Shown here piece after piece: positions 26,401-41,341 of a stretch of DNA of 64,000 bases. Each line of letters starts with the position of its first letter. Position 1 is the first letter of the stretch. This DNA is from Paraspadella gotoi (lineage: Eukaryota; Animalia; Chaetognatha), in NCBI GenBank assembly GCA_051294375.1, contig CM119268.1, forward strand, positions 15,855,959 to 15,919,958, in the 5' to 3' direction. The notes under the pieces are model-generated. The model made no database searches and was not told the DNA's origin. It was given only the letters and a program-made list of their open reading frames with translations. The position numbers and the translations under genes were made by a program.

Positions 26401-29400
26401 CGTTGTCAACGACAGGAAGTTTGGGTTGGGAGCACGACCGGGTTGCCGCATATTGAGTTTGCAGGTCCTTTGGCGTTGTTGTTGTGGTATAGGTGTGTTC
26501 GTAGTCTTTCGACACTTGTCCGTTCGTAACATGTTCTCGTCGTCGTCGATTTCATTTCGCAGTCATCGTTGACGTTCTGCCTTGTAATTCTTTATCGGTT
26601 GGGATATTGTGTTCTCTGGAAAATTTTGACATCTGTGGCGTTGTGGTATTATCCCTTTGGGACTCCTGGCATTCTTGGATGTTCTCCGGCTGCTGAGGAG
26701 AGATTCGGTAAAAGTAAACCGACATTTTGTACTTAATATTTTTTATATGTGGATTTAAATAAAAGTTTAACATTACTTTCGTTTTTTATGCTCATCGAAA
26801 CAATCCTGGAACAAATAAGTCTTTCTTTTTTTGGTGGTTTGTGTAAAATCTTATATTTTAATCTTTAAGGGAAGACACGTCGGAGGTTGCTCTAACCCAG
26901 CAACCTTGTTTGTGTGTTTTGGCTTGTTGGTGTCAACAACAAACCGGAACACGCAGTAGAATGAAAGTGGCTCTCCTATCGTGGTCGTTCTCGTCGTTCG
27001 TCTTCTGTCGTCGTGTCTGTCGCTCGTCGTTTCTGTTCTTCATTTGTTTACTTTCTATTGGTCGCCGCCTCCTGCCCAACATTCCCTGCTATCTTCTAGG
27101 GCGTCCAGCTCACAAAAAATCACCCTTGGTTCACTTCGCTCTTTCGCCCTTTCCCCCTCACCCCTATCAAATCACACCGCGGGTCGGACCACTCTCACCC
27201 TCCGGATCTCATGCTCCCCTCGATCTCTCTCTCTCACTTTCTCGACTCTACACGTCTTCGCATCATGCACTTACCTTCCCTTCTCTCCACTCTCTTACTG
27301 TCTGGGTCCCTGCCCTCGGAGTCTTGGACCATTGCGTGCCCGCCTCTCTCCTCAGCTTTCTTTTGTCGGCCCTCGCTCTTTCTCGCCCTGCCGATCTGTT
27401 CTCTCTTCTGTTGTTCTCTTTCTGTTCACTTCGTGCCTCTGGCTCACAAATTACTTCTGCTTCCGTTCTCACGTGAACCATGTAGTCGGCTGTGACGGAG
27501 CACTTAAAGATATGCCCGCTCGAGGCAAGAGGCGATGGTTCGGAACTCATTAGGCGTGGGCCACGGTGCACGCACTTTCCTCATCGTACATATCTCGCGG
27601 GGTATCGCCGGAGGTTTAGCGAGACAATTACATCATCTTCTCTATCAGGTAATTGGGTACGCACTGCGCCTTTTCATTTCGGGACGTCCGCGGTCGTTAG
27701 AGGCCTTCATCTCGCGATCTTTCTCCTTCTTTTCTTCCCCTCTCTGCATTTTCTTTCTGCGTCAGGTCGGACTCATCTCTCTCAATCTCTTTCCCACACT
27801 GCCGTTGTTTCCCACCATAATTTATATGTCTCAATCATAATCACTCCCGAAAGCCAAGTCTTCGCTATCTCCAAGTTTCGACTCTCTGGCGCTGCGGGGG
27901 CCAGTGACTAGGGACCAAAAATGGGACGTCTGACAAGTGGACCTTGAAGCACAACTTCGACTTTTTGCTAGGGAGAAGGTTGCGATTTGCTTCTGATGGC
28001 GCTGCACCGTGGATCAAGTTACGCGAGATATCTTCGAAGTGGGTCGCTCGAGTCAGAACAAGTGGAGGATTAAGGAGGGGGAGCTCGGGCGATGGAACCT
28101 CAGTTCTTCGTCTTCTTCTTTCTGATGCTATTTTTTGGGCTTTTCTGTTCCGGGTCCCGCTGATATCTCTCCGGATTGGTTGTTTCCTTCATTTCCTTCC
28201 GGTCAGCGTCGGTCGGAATTCATCGACAAACCTGTACTGGCCGATCGGACCCTGCTTCCTCCCAAAGACCGTATTCCCTTCGGCATTATGTTTTTTCCTG
28301 GGGCTTTTTTTTTTTGGTTTGGGTTTCACAATTCTTTTTGGAAACGAGAAAATGGTCTCTTCTTTTTCTTTTTTTTTTTAATTTTTGATTCTTTTACTTC
28401 TTTTTCTTCTCTTCTTTTAATTTTATGTCTTTTTTTACTTTTTTTTTTGTTTCTTTTTTTTGGAATCGATGCAAAATTAAATTAATGCGTCATAATAAAT
28501 CTTTTTCAACCTTCTCGTTTCTGTCTTAAATGTTTCTTTGGTTATTTATCCATTACTGTGCTCCTTCTTCGATCGTCTCTCATCTCTAATTTACTATCGT
28601 TTTGCGCCACATCCCGGGCCCCATCTCACTAGACACCACAACGAACGGTGTGGCAATGAATTCCGAGATAAGGTTTTCAAAGAGGAAGGAAATGAAATGT
28701 GATTTGTACCTTTCCAATAATTCGCTATGAATGTAAAATGTAGAGCGGCATCATGAACACGAAAACCCGGGGGAATAAAAGATTCCTACCTCGTCTGTGT
28801 TTTTCCAACCTAAAGTGAACGCACTATTCTCTTCTCCGATTTAAAAACATACTACCTTTAAGGCTACATGAAGAGAGAAAGAGAGAGAGAAGAGAGACGT
28901 CGCTTGTTGGCTTGAAATACGGTTTTTTTTCTGCTCTCGGTTCTCTATGGCTGCGTAAACCGATGTTTTCATCTTCTCTCGAAGTTGTCACACAGTGAAA
29001 TACCCAATTCCATCATCTCGTCTAAGGTTCTTTTTTCCTTGTCACCTCTACACGTCGAGCAGTCTGGCAATTTTAACTATCTTGCGCACCCATAGAAATT
29101 CTTGATAAATCCGGCCAACAAAAACGCTATGTAGTTATTTCTCGCCTGTGCTACCAATGCCTGTGGGTCTCGTGGTCTCTCTTCTCCGGGGTCTCCGCTT
29201 TTCGCCTTTTGTCTGTGCCCCGGCGTGCTCACTCACTCGCGGCGTCCCCGTCCCCGTCGAAGTTCTTGGGCCCCCGGCGTCCCCCATCTGTCCCTTTTCC
29301 GGAAAAAAAAAAATTTAAATTAGCTTTAATTTAATTTACATTCCAAATCATTTCTAATTTAATAGTTTTTTCGTTTCCGGTTCGTTTTATAGTTTCGGGT

Positions 29401-32034
29401 TGAGTTTCTTAGCTCTAACGCTGACGGGCAAAATATTACTATTTTTGATTTTGATCGAAAGTCCAATAATGAAATCACGCGAAATTTGCAAATAATTTTT
29501 TATTGGTTTATATCTTAAATTGGCTCCTTAATCTTCATCTCTAATTTTATTCTTTCCTCTGCGGTTCTACTTATATCATCTTTCTCATCAATCATCTCTC
29601 CTCTCTCCTCTCATACTACCCAGCTCCCCTTTATTCACTTGTTTTTCAGCCTTCAAGAACTGGATTTCATCAGCATAAAAAATCGATTTCTAGAAAGTGA
29701 AGTTGGAAGGTCCACTTGTGGTCATTTTCTAGTCACTGGCCCGAGCGCAGCGATGGAGAGTGTGTGTGTTGAGAAGATTGTGGACAAGCACTAGCGAAGA
29801 AATCCCTCTATATAAGAGAAGGAAAGGCCAACGGACCAAGACCGTCGACAAAGCATGAAAGGAGGGAGAGGGAGACGAAAGCGACAGGATTTAAGAGTTA
29901 TGTTTGTGTAAAGCAGAAGGAGAGTGTACAAAGAAGAATAAAGAAAAGAAAATACCAGCTTTATATATATTAAAAAAAATACAAACACATTCCTATTATA
30001 ATTAATCTCGTCACCGAAATACGCCCTTCATTTTTATTCCGGTTGGCAGCGTTAGCTTAGCCAAAACAGATTTAACCAAAGTTGCAAATATAGCAATTTG
30101 CGCGCTATCTCTAGTGTTGCAACAACGGTCGATAAAGCGCTACGGGCGATCAAGGCTGCAGTGAGCCAAAGCTCTGACTGACGGATAAACAGGCAAGGAC
30201 AGGTAGCGACAACATCGCTTTATGGGAAGCAGGAGCGTGATAAAAAAAGAAAATCCGAAAAAAAAAAATGACAAGTAAGACCTAATCACAAAAAAACTTA
30301 AAAATAAACTCAAGCTCATTAAGTCGATGCATGCTTTTTTTGCTCTAAAATGTTAGAGAATCAAACAGAATTTCAACGACTTTAGCGATTCGAACCGTAT
30401 TACATTGGTGAACACATATTTTGCATGTTGAGCAGATTAACATGAGTTCATTTGTGTTTCAATTTTGCATGGCCGTTCGATTACTCTTATCAGTTACATT
30501 TTTCAGTCTTTTTGCCACCTTCCTTTTTTTACCACTCTTTTCCGCCTATACTCCCATACTCATTCCCCCAAGCTTTAATCCCTCCCTTTGAATCCACCTT
30601 CCATTCTGTTTTCCTCGTTCATCTTTTTCCCCTTTTCCCTGCACCTTCTCTTCCATATTCTTCTCGCGGTTTTTCCTCCCTTCCGGTGTTGACCAAGGGA
30701 CAGATTACTCCTTTTTCCTCTTCCTCCTCCTCCTCTTTCCTCCTTCTAATCTCTCCCATTCCCTTTCGCTTCTTCCCTCAGCATTCTGTTCCGTTTCCCC
30801 TATGATTTGACAGCTTTTATACTTTAGATTTGAGGAGACGAGGAGAGAGAGGAGCATCGGACTGATGTGAGATCAGAGGTGGTAGAGAGAGACCGAGAGA
30901 CTGTGCGGGACATATGGGAGCGAGAGGGAGAGAGAGAAAGAGACCCACCACTTTAACGATACAACGTTCTCTTTCTTCTTATATTCTCAGTATGGTGCAG
31001 CGTGCGCAGCCAGATTGGTTAAAATGAGAGAGAGACGAGGAGAGAGGTGAGGACTAGAAGAGGAAGAGCGAGCCGGGAGAGATTGAGATTGAGAACGGAA
31101 GAATGATCCTTGGATGAGAGACACGGCGTGCGACGAGATCAGGTCGAGATCAGAGAGAGAGCAGAGAGACCCACACTTAACCGTTTACAACGTTTCTAGT
31201 ATGGGGTGACGCCAAGGATAAAGTTAAAGATTGAGAAGAGACGAGAGAGGAGAGGATGAAGAACGAAAGCCACGACGAGAGAGCAGAAGAGACGAGACGA
31301 GAGAGAGACGAGAGGCAAGCGAGAGAAGAACGAGGATCGCCGGACGAGCAGAGATGAAAGGGGGATTCCACCCAGCTCCCCTCGTTTATTCACTTGTTTT
31401 TTTCAAGCCTTAAGAAAAGCCTACGGATTCACATCCAGCATAAATAATCGAAATTTTTCTAGAAGTGAGCTTGGAAGGTTCCACTTGTGGTTCATTTTTT
31501 CTAGTCACTGGCCCGAGCCGCAGCGATGGACAGTGGGGGAGAAGAGAAAAAAAAATGGGGGAAAACGAGGGAAAGAGAAAGAGAGAGAGAGAGATGAGAG
31601 AGGAGAGAGAGAGATGAGAGACGACGAAGAGAGAGAGACGACGAAGAGAGAATGTCCCCCCCTTTAGCGAGTACGGATGGAAACAGTGGGAGTGGCCTTA
31701 GAGCGAACCACGCCTTTTTTACGCGACGCATAATCTTTAAGTGGGTCACAGCGACATTTCACTGAGAAGGGGTTGATTTTGTGAGCCGCGAGAGCAGTGA
31801 GAGAGAGAAACCAGAAAGAGAGTCAGAGAGATGGAGACGAGATGGAGAGAGAGAGAGAGAAGAGAGAGAGAGGAGAGATGACAGACGAGAGAGANNNNNN
31901 NNNNNNNNNNNNNNNNNNNGAGAGAGAGAGAGTGGGGTGTGATTTGTGAGAGCGAGTGAAGGGGTGATTTGTGAGCGGACGCCGAGGATAGCAGGGAATG
32001 TGGGCGCAGGCGCGATGGTCAATGAAGAACGGAA

Positions 32035-32077
<43 letters not shown>

Positions 32078-32791
32078 AGATGACCATTTTTTTCATTCTC
32101 CGTCGGTTGTTGTTGACAAACAAGCAAACAACAACGGTTTCGTTTAGGATCGAGTTCGTTTAAAGATTAAAAAAATTTAACAAAAAAAAAAAGAAAGATA
32201 TTTGTTCAGGATTGTTTCGATGAAGATAAAAACGAAGTAATTTAACTTTTTTAAATATAAAAATATTAAGTACAAAATGTCGGTTTACTTTTACCGACCC
32301 CAGCAGCGGAGAACATCCAAGAATGCACGAAAAGGGAATATAAAAACAGATGTCAAAATTTCAAGAGAAAAATATGAAGATAAGAAAAAGGAGACGTCAA
32401 CGATGACGAAATGAAATCCGACGACGACGAGAACATTCGCGACAATGTCGAAGACTACGACAACAACAACAACAACGCCAAAGGACTTCAACTCATTGGG
32501 TCGCGTTGACCAACGGTGGAGCCAGAAGCAAACGAAGATGACAGAACGTCGCTTCGTTTCCTCTCCTTTATTTTCCCTTTTTTTCCTTTTTTTCCTTTTT
32601 TTTCTCTCTCTCTACTTTTTAAAATTTTTTTTCCCTCTTGGTCCTCACGCGCGCTCGCTCTTTTTCTTTCCTCTATCTCTCTCTGTCTCTGACTCGCTCT
32701 CTCTCGCTCTCTGAGAGCACGCGCTATACCGAAGTGGACGCCGAGGCGAGAGGATTGCCTTTGCAATTAGAGAAAAGATGAGATGCTAGAA

Positions 32792-32926
<135 letters not shown>

Positions 32927-33649
32927 ACAGCCACGACGACGCCTGTCTTTAATGTTGTCCCCACGTCTTTTACTCTTTCTTATTCAAATCTTTTAACAAT
33001 GATTTAAAAAAAATAACATTCTGACACATTTCTTAACTAATATCCTAATTTTAATATAGTTTGAGATCTCTAGTATCATTATCTTTTTTTACTTTTTACC
33101 GTTTACATTTTTCCATTATTTGTCTGTATTTTATTATTCTATTATTGTTTTTCTTCTTTTCTTTTCGTCCTTCCTTCCTTCTTTCCTCCTTCATTCCATT
33201 ATTAAGTTACAACTTGATTATCTCAGCTTTGAATTTTGCTTTCGTCATCGTCATCGTCGTCGTCGCCGTCGTCGTCGTCGCTCTCAAGCCTCACAGCTCA
33301 CGACAGAGGCGCTGGTCAAACGTCGTTCGACCGTGAAAGTCACAAAGAAAAAAACCAGACGACGAGATATAAAAAAAGGGGAAATTTAATGAGTGAATTA
33401 ACGCTCGAACGAAGGGGCTAACGAATAAAAGACAAGGGAACGAAAGAAGGAACGAACAGACGAATGAACGAACGAAGAAAAGAGAAGGGGGCAGAGAGGG
33501 CATTCGATGTGTGTCTAAATCTTTGATTATTAAAAGTATATAGTTTCTTTAACTTCTTATAAATGATAACAGAAAATTAATTTTGAAAAAAAATCATTTT
33601 TTCTTTCTGCCTCGCCATTGAAAATTTACGAGTTTGACGTTCACCGCCA

Positions 33650-33695
<46 letters not shown>

Positions 33696-36600
33696 TCGTC
33701 CTCTCTACATGCTCCGTTCTCTCTGCCTCCTTCTCCTCCTCTCCGTCTCTGCCCTTGTACTCTTCTACACGTAATCCCCCTTGTTCACAACACAAAGCAA
33801 GGCCATACGACGACAACCAACCAGTCGATACTCGCGCAGCCGCCGTACGCGTAGCGGCGTAACAGCAGGCTAGTCTGACCGCCTCGCAGGCGGTCTACCA
33901 CGTTCGCGCGCGGTTTTGGCGGAGACAGAGGGCGAAACTCACGTCTACGCATATACGATCAGTGATCGACAGTTACTTTTTGTTTTCCCAATTTCTTCAA
34001 GATATCTTGTATTTTTATTTGTTCATTTTTGTCACAAGGGGCGGCAATTTTTTACACTTTAATGAAACTAAACCAAAGTGGAGTCAAAGGGTTTTTTTTG
34101 TTGGGTATGCCGTCGAGAGGAGAGGCAAAAACTGCGTAAACACCGCTGGATGAACTGTTATATTAGGTGTTAAACAATGGGAAAATTGCTAAAAAGCCGC
34201 CGAGTGGCAGACAGATATAAAATTTTTGTGACGGCTTATATATATTGGTTTCCCCCCCCGCCTTTTTGTTAAGACAAACTGTATTCAAAACAAACCTTTT
34301 TTATGCCTTTTTCTATTTTTTGTGGGTTTGATTCAAAATTCCAACTTTACCTGCTGACCAAAGGTCGTGGTTATCTCCCCGAGCGATTAGAACAGGGTCA
34401 CCCGTTTAGAAGCTTACCAGTTTTTGGACGTTTGACATTTTTTAATTCACTTCAAACCAAAAACATAAGGATACAAACTCAGCTCGCAACCTCGCTAAAA
34501 AGATTACATAACAAAAAAACGGAGAAATTCATTTAGAAAGAAGTGATATTAAAAGGATAAGAGAAACTGACGACGACGAACGACGCGACGACGACGACGA
34601 CGAACGCACAAGACAAGCGATAATGTTTTACGTCTTCTCTTTGACGTCGAGCATGAGGAGGCGGAAGAAGGAAGGAGAGAGCTTAAACTTTAAGATCAAA
34701 AATAACGCCAATTGAGTTAACAGTACGACAGATTTACACATTAAAAAGAGAGAAAATGACAGATGCTGATCGGAGAGGACTCACCGCTTCGTAAGCGCAG
34801 ACTATTTTTTCCCGAAGGCCCAATTTTTGATTTCCGGGTAAAGAAAATGGAAAGATGTGTACGTGACAGTATGAGCATATTGTAGGCAATGTATATGACC
34901 ACGGTTGACTATTATCAGTCTTGTCTTACAAATTTGAATTTTAACAAAAAAAAAACAGGCGGATTATTTTTCTTGAATATTTTATTATTGTCCTGGCCCA
35001 TTTATCAAAGTTTTTTAATTTTCGACAATTAGACGTTTTTATGGAACCGAACTAAAACATATCCATTACTAATTACATCCATATGCACTGTCAAACTACC
35101 AACTAGAGGCGGCACCCCAAATGTATTTATGTCAATTTCATTCGCAAGTGAAAACAATAGCCGGGATAAAAAGGATAGGGCCAAGGAGAAGAGGAGAGGA
35201 GACGAGAGGAGAGAGAGACTGGAGAGAGGAGAGAGGAGCAGAGAGAGAGTAGAGAGAGAGAGAGAGTAAAAATTGGGTGAGAGGAGTCAGATAAATATGA
35301 ACAGAGGAAAATTTCTATAAGAAATACTGAAAGGATAGGAAGAAAGTCGCTCGTTAAATGAGAAGTTTTTGCATAACATAATTATTGAGAGCAAATGCAC
35401 TTTGCAGAGTTAAGAGATGGCACTCAAAATTAGAATGATCTATTTTTGTTTCTTAGTAAAAAAAAAAGAAACAAGAACAGGTAATTCAAATGTTGTTGCG
35501 CCCCGCAATGACTAGCACTTATCACGTGCATGTTTTCGTGACATGATTATGGACATGATGTGACATGGTATGACTAACATGATTTTACAAATAAACTTTC
35601 TCTATAGCCCGTGTATTTCAGTGGACACATAACTTTTTTTTTTTGGCATGGATTTTGCCCGACATAATTTTTTCTTCTTTTATTCTCTGTATTAGGTCTA
35701 TCAGGATTTGCACTGAAGTGCGGCGACTAGCAGTCCCTTAGATTGCAGGAGCTTTTTTTCCTATCTGTAACAAAGAATTGAGGCAAACAGCACATATATT
35801 GCATTATGCCAAGATATGACATTTTTATAAGTTAAGAGGCGCGAGCACAGACGAACGGAAAACTGACGTGTGAACCAGCAGACCGGAGAACGCGAGAAAA
35901 AGCTGACCTTATAGAGTTGCTCCGCGAGTGACACTCGGGAGACACTAAAGTCGCTGTAATCTTGATCTAAGTATACATGAGTTAAGGTTTATTAGGATTT
36001 TTTTGTCCATTATTTTCCGATTACTCTCTATCTCTCTCCTCACTCTAACTCTCCTCCATTTCCCTCTCGCATACACGAAGAGATCGAGTAGACATCATTT
36101 AGTTAATGAGATCCTCCCCCCTGTAACTGCTCTAATCTGCTTTCAAAACTGTTCTCGTTGAAACATTTCTTACCAGCCTTAACGAAAGGAACAACATCAT
36201 TTGTCTATCCTCGTCTCTCCTCTGCTCTCTCTTCTCTCTCTCTTCTGCTCTCTCTCTCTTCTCTCTCTCATCTCTCTCTCTCGTGCGTCTCTCTACTTTC
36301 AAGGCTTGCAGATAAAAGGAAAGACAAGATGCAAGAGAGAGGAGAGGAGACGATGGGAAGAGAGAGAAGAGCAAGAGAGATGAGAGAGAGAGAGAGAGAG
36401 AGACGAGACGAGAGACGAGAGAGAGAGAGAGATGAGAGAGAGAAGAGACGAGAGAGGAGGAAGAGAAATCAGAGGAACTAGACGTGAGGAAGCAAACAGG
36501 AAAGCGTGGTGGAGAAAAAAGTAGATATGAAGAAAAAAAAAAAGAAAGAACTAAATGCGTTCAAATAGAGGAGACAGGGTAAGAATCAAAAAGATGAGCA

Positions 36601-37233
36601 GCAAGCACAGCAGCGGCCCAGCGTTCTTTGCCTTTGTATTTTACTTCCTTACTAACTAACGTTAATAGTTATGATTAATTATTAAAATAGTTTTCTCTCT
36701 CCGCGTTTTCAAAGTCTTTTTATCAGAGATACAATTAGCGCGCCGATAATTTTTTTTGTCAAAATGAATTCATTCTCATCGCGTCTCTCATAACTGAATT
36801 CATTTTTCTCTTCATATCTTATCTATTTCTCTATTTATCTTTCATTCTCCTCTTTTTTTCTCTATTTCTTTTTTTCTTTCTTGCCCACGCTTTTCGGCGA
36901 CGACAAGAAAAAAATAAGGAAACGAAAAATAACATAAAAATAGTAATAAAAAATAAAAATAAATAATGAAAATGAAAAGAAAAAAAATAAGAAGAGAGAG
37001 AGAGAGAAGAGAAAAAGAGAGAGAGAGAGGAGAGGAGAGAGAAGAGAGCAGAGAGAGAGAGAGAGAGAGAGGAAGAGAGAGAGAGAGAGAGAGAGCAGCA
37101 AGCGCAAATCTTTCACTCAAAGGGGATCTTCATCATTATACAGGGGACTAATGAGAGCGGACATCTATTTTTCTCTTTTTCTTATTCTTTCACCTTTTCT
37201 CCCTTTTCCTTTTTTTTTTCACTTCGCCTTTAA

Positions 37234-37332
<99 letters not shown>

Positions 37333-37631
37333 CTGCCCTTTCCGTTACCGCCATTTTTTCCGATTTTTTCTCCCACTTTTTTCTCCAATTAGCTTCGTTT
37401 ATAAAATCTGTAGGAGAGAAGAGTCTTTATTCATTTTTTAAGAGTTAGTTGGTTTTCCTTTTAATTTTCGTCGTCGTCGTCATCGTCGTCGTCTTCGTCG
37501 CTGTCGTCTCACTCGATTGAAAATGAAGAACTCAACGTGATGGAAAATTGTTTTTAAAAGGACAGGAAGCGTGCGACACGGTGACACGGATGGACAGTTC
37601 TACCCTTTGATCTCTCTCTCTCTCTCTCTCG

Positions 37632-37730
<99 letters not shown>

Positions 37731-38879
37731 ATTCCTTCCTCAGAGTTTCCTCTCCAAAGAATAATGCTATTTTTCTCGATTATTTTCTGTTCTCCCTCTA
37801 TTCTCCTCTTCTTGTTCTCCCCTTTATCTCCCTCTCGTTCTTCCTGGCACCGAAACTTTTGGCCGGACCTTCTTTTCCCCATTCACATTTTCCCTTTCAC
37901 TCTTTCTCCTTTCCCCCCCCCATTCCCTATCCCTCCCTCCCTCTCACCCCCCCCTCTCCCCCCTCGGCTCTTGTCCATCTTCGAGATGTTTTTTTTCTCT
38001 CCATTTTTGACATTTTCTTTTTCTGCTTTTCCACGAGAATCTTTTTTTTCTTCTTTTGAACCTCAAATCTCTTTATTTTTACACTTAAAAAAATTTTTTC
38101 CCCTTATTTGGAACTAAATTTTTTTAAAAAATTCTTTGAAAAAAATAGGAATTTTTTTCGCACCTTCCCGACTTCGACCAAGAGACCCGATCGCTTAAGG
38201 ATGTTTCTTCCTTTCTCCCGCTTCTTCTTCCGCCTCCTCTTCTTCCTCCTCCTCCTCCTCCTCCTTCTCCCACCCCCCTTTTACTCCCCCCTCCTCTGCT
38301 TCTTTCTCAGTCGTCTTCTCTTCCCAAATCGTCCCACTCATTTATTAATAGCCACTTTTTTGTTCTCGGCCAAAAAAAAAAAGTTTTCAACTTTTTTCGG
38401 GCTTAGATTTTTAAAGTAGAAATATTCAAGTTTATACTTGTTATATATACGAAGATGTCGTTTTACTTTCAAGTGTTTCAAATGTAAAGCTTTCTTTACT
38501 GGTGAACGGAAGCGACGTAATCAAAGTGATAGTAGGAGAGAAGAGGAAAAGAAGAGGAGGGGAGCAGGGAAGAGAATATTAAGAGAGGAAGAGGATGAGA
38601 GGGAGAGAAGGTTGAGAGAAACCAGAGATATAGGAAAGATAAGAGAGAGAAAAGAAGTAGGAAACGGTGAAGATGGGAAAGAAGGGAAAAAATAGGGCGA
38701 TGGGAGTTAGAGAAGTAAGAGAAAAGAGAAGAAGGGAGAGAAGAGGGGATATAGAGAAAGAGAAGTGGGGGTGCGAAGGAAAAAAGAAGGATAGAAGAGG
38801 GTATAGAAAAGGGGTAAAAGGGAAATAGAAGAGGCGTAAAAGATGGGTGAAGGAGGGATAGAAAAGGGGTAGAAAAGGG

Positions 38880-39231
38880 AGGAAAAGAGGGGTAGAAAAG
38901 GGGTAGAAAAGGGAGGAAAAGAGCGGTAGAAAAGTGGTAGAAAAGGGAGGAAAAGATGGATAGAAAAGAGGTAGAAAAGAGAGAAAAAGAGGGGTAGAAG
39001 GGACGAGGGGTCGTCCTTTAAAAATTCTCGTCTCGTGTCATTTTTCAAGGAAGCGAAAAAGGATTCGGTGGCCAAGGAATCCTTTCCCAGGGCGACGACT
39101 CCTTTCGAAAAAAAAAAGAGGACCTGTCGTTGTTGTTGTCGTCATCGCCGTCGTCGTTGGCATCTCGGGTCTTACAATGGAGTGCGAAATGAGTGAGGGA
39201 GAGAAGGAAAGAAAAAAAGCGGAAGAAAGCG

Positions 39232-39314
<83 letters not shown>

Positions 39315-39351
39315 ATTAAAGAGAGAAAGAAAATAAAAAAGAGAAAAAGAG

Positions 39352-39386
<35 letters not shown>

Positions 39387-39390
39387 AAAA

Positions 39391-39426
<36 letters not shown>

Positions 39427-39882
39427 AGTCAAAAAGTGGAAAGGGAAAAAGAGACGGAGAATATGGTAAAAATGTAAGAATAAATTATATAAAGAATAAA
39501 TTATGAAAGAATAACCGTATGAATGAGTTCAAAATAAGATGAGTGTAGAAACTAGAAAGGAAACGAGAGGTCGCGCCTGGTGAGGGAACGGGGCGAAGAA
39601 ATGATTAGGGTGAGTTAACGAGATGAGAAACGCTTAAGAGGATTTTCCAGGTAGGAGTTCGTCCTTTCTTGTTTGGTCTCGAGAAGGAAGCCCGAGGTAA
39701 GTCGCGGTTCCACCTTCGGTCTTTCAAGAAATCGAGATTCCATTAGTCGCGCCCCCCGTCGTCGACGGCCACTTTGGAAGGTAAGTGTAATGACGAAAAG
39801 TAAGTTTGAGACTTGAAAAAGTTGAGGAATGCCCGATGACGTTTGAAATTGGGACTTTAATGAAGAGACAATAATTAAAATG

Positions 39883-39915
<33 letters not shown>
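38880..39915 (+). repeat. Tandem duplicate of about 40100-41100
   Basis: Both copies contain gtcgtccttaaaaattctcgtctcgtg...(AAAG)n...gagacaataattaaaatgtaatctctc. Confidence 0.9.
39235..39428. repeat. (AAAG)n microsatellite
   Basis: Directly visible; also present in the duplicated copies. Confidence 0.95.
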
Positions 39916-39918
<3 letters not shown>

Positions 39919-40468
39919 GAGGAGAAGAGGGGTAGAAAAGGGGGAAAAGATGATAGAGAAGGGGTAGGTGGGGGGGGCGGGGGCGGAAAAGGAGGGGGGG
40001 GGGGGGGGGGGGGGGAGTGTGGGGGGGGGGGGTGGGGGGGGCGGGGGGGGGGGGGGGGAAAAGGAGGGTTCTTTTTTTTTTTTTTATATTTTTTCTGTTT
40101 TATTCTCTTCTAGAAAAAGGGTAGAAAAGGTAGGAAAGAGCGGTAGAAAAGTGGTAGAAAAGGAGGTAAAAGATGGATAGAAAAGAGGTAGAAAAGAGAG
40201 AAAAAGAGGGTAGAAGGACGAGGGTCGTCCTTAAAAATTCTCGTCTCGTGTCATTTTCAAGGAAGCGAAAAAGGATTCGTGGCCAAGGAATCCTTTCCAG
40301 GGCGACGACTCCTTTCGAAAAAAAAAAAGAGGACCTGTCGTTGTTGTTGTCGTCATCGCCGTCGTCGTTGGCATCTCGGGTCTTACAATGGAGTGCGAAA
40401 TGAGTGAGGGAGAGAAGGAAAGAAAAAAAGCGGAAGAAAGCGGAAAGAAAGAAAGAAAGAAGAGAGAG

Positions 40469-40527
<59 letters not shown>

Positions 40528-41100
40528 ATTAAAGAGAGAAAGAAAATAAAAAAGAGAAAAAGAGAGAAGAAAGAAAGAAAGAAAGAAAGAAAGAAGAAAG
40601 AAGAAAGAAGAAAGAAAGAAAGAAAGAAGAAAGAAAGAAGTCAAAAAGTGGAAAGGGAAAGAGACGGAGAATATGGTAAAAATGAAGAATAAATTATATA
40701 AAGAATAAATTATGAAGAATAACCGTATGAATGAGTTCAAAATAAGATGAGTGTAGAAACTAGAAAGGAAACGAGAGGTCGCGCCTGGTGAGGGAACGGC
40801 GAAGAAATGATTAGGGTGAGTTAACGAGATGAGAAACGCTTAAGAGGATTTTCAGTAGGAGTTCGTCCTTTCTTGTTTGGTCTCGAGAAGGAAGCCCGAG
40901 GTAAGTCGCGTTCCACCTTCGGTCTTTCAAGAAATCGAGATTCCATTAGTCGCGCCCCCGTCGTCGACGGCCACTTTGGAAGGTAAGTGTAATGACGAAA
41001 AGTAAGTTTGAGACTTGAAAAAGTTGAGGAATGCCCGATGACGTTTGAAATTGGGACTTTAATGAAGAGACAATAATTAAAATGTAATCTCTCTTCTCTC

Positions 41101-41132
<32 letters not shown>

Positions 41133-41191
41133 TATTTATAAGACCTTTATATATCGCTTTAATTCCTTTTATCAGTCTCTGTCTTTCTCTT

Positions 41192-41280
<89 letters not shown>

Positions 41281-41305
41281 NNNNNNNNNNNNNNNNNNNN
41301 NNNNN

Positions 41306-41341
<36 letters not shown>

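Noticed and set aside
22900-29300. Further transposon or gene ORFs in the noisy central region
   Set aside because: No motif could be recognised with confidence; the sequence quality is too low.
39961-40060. Long G-runs (G-quadruplex candidate), repeated at 52504-52601
   Set aside because: They sit at a duplication junction and look like a garbled version of the purine-rich tract at about 38760-38900; probably consensus error.
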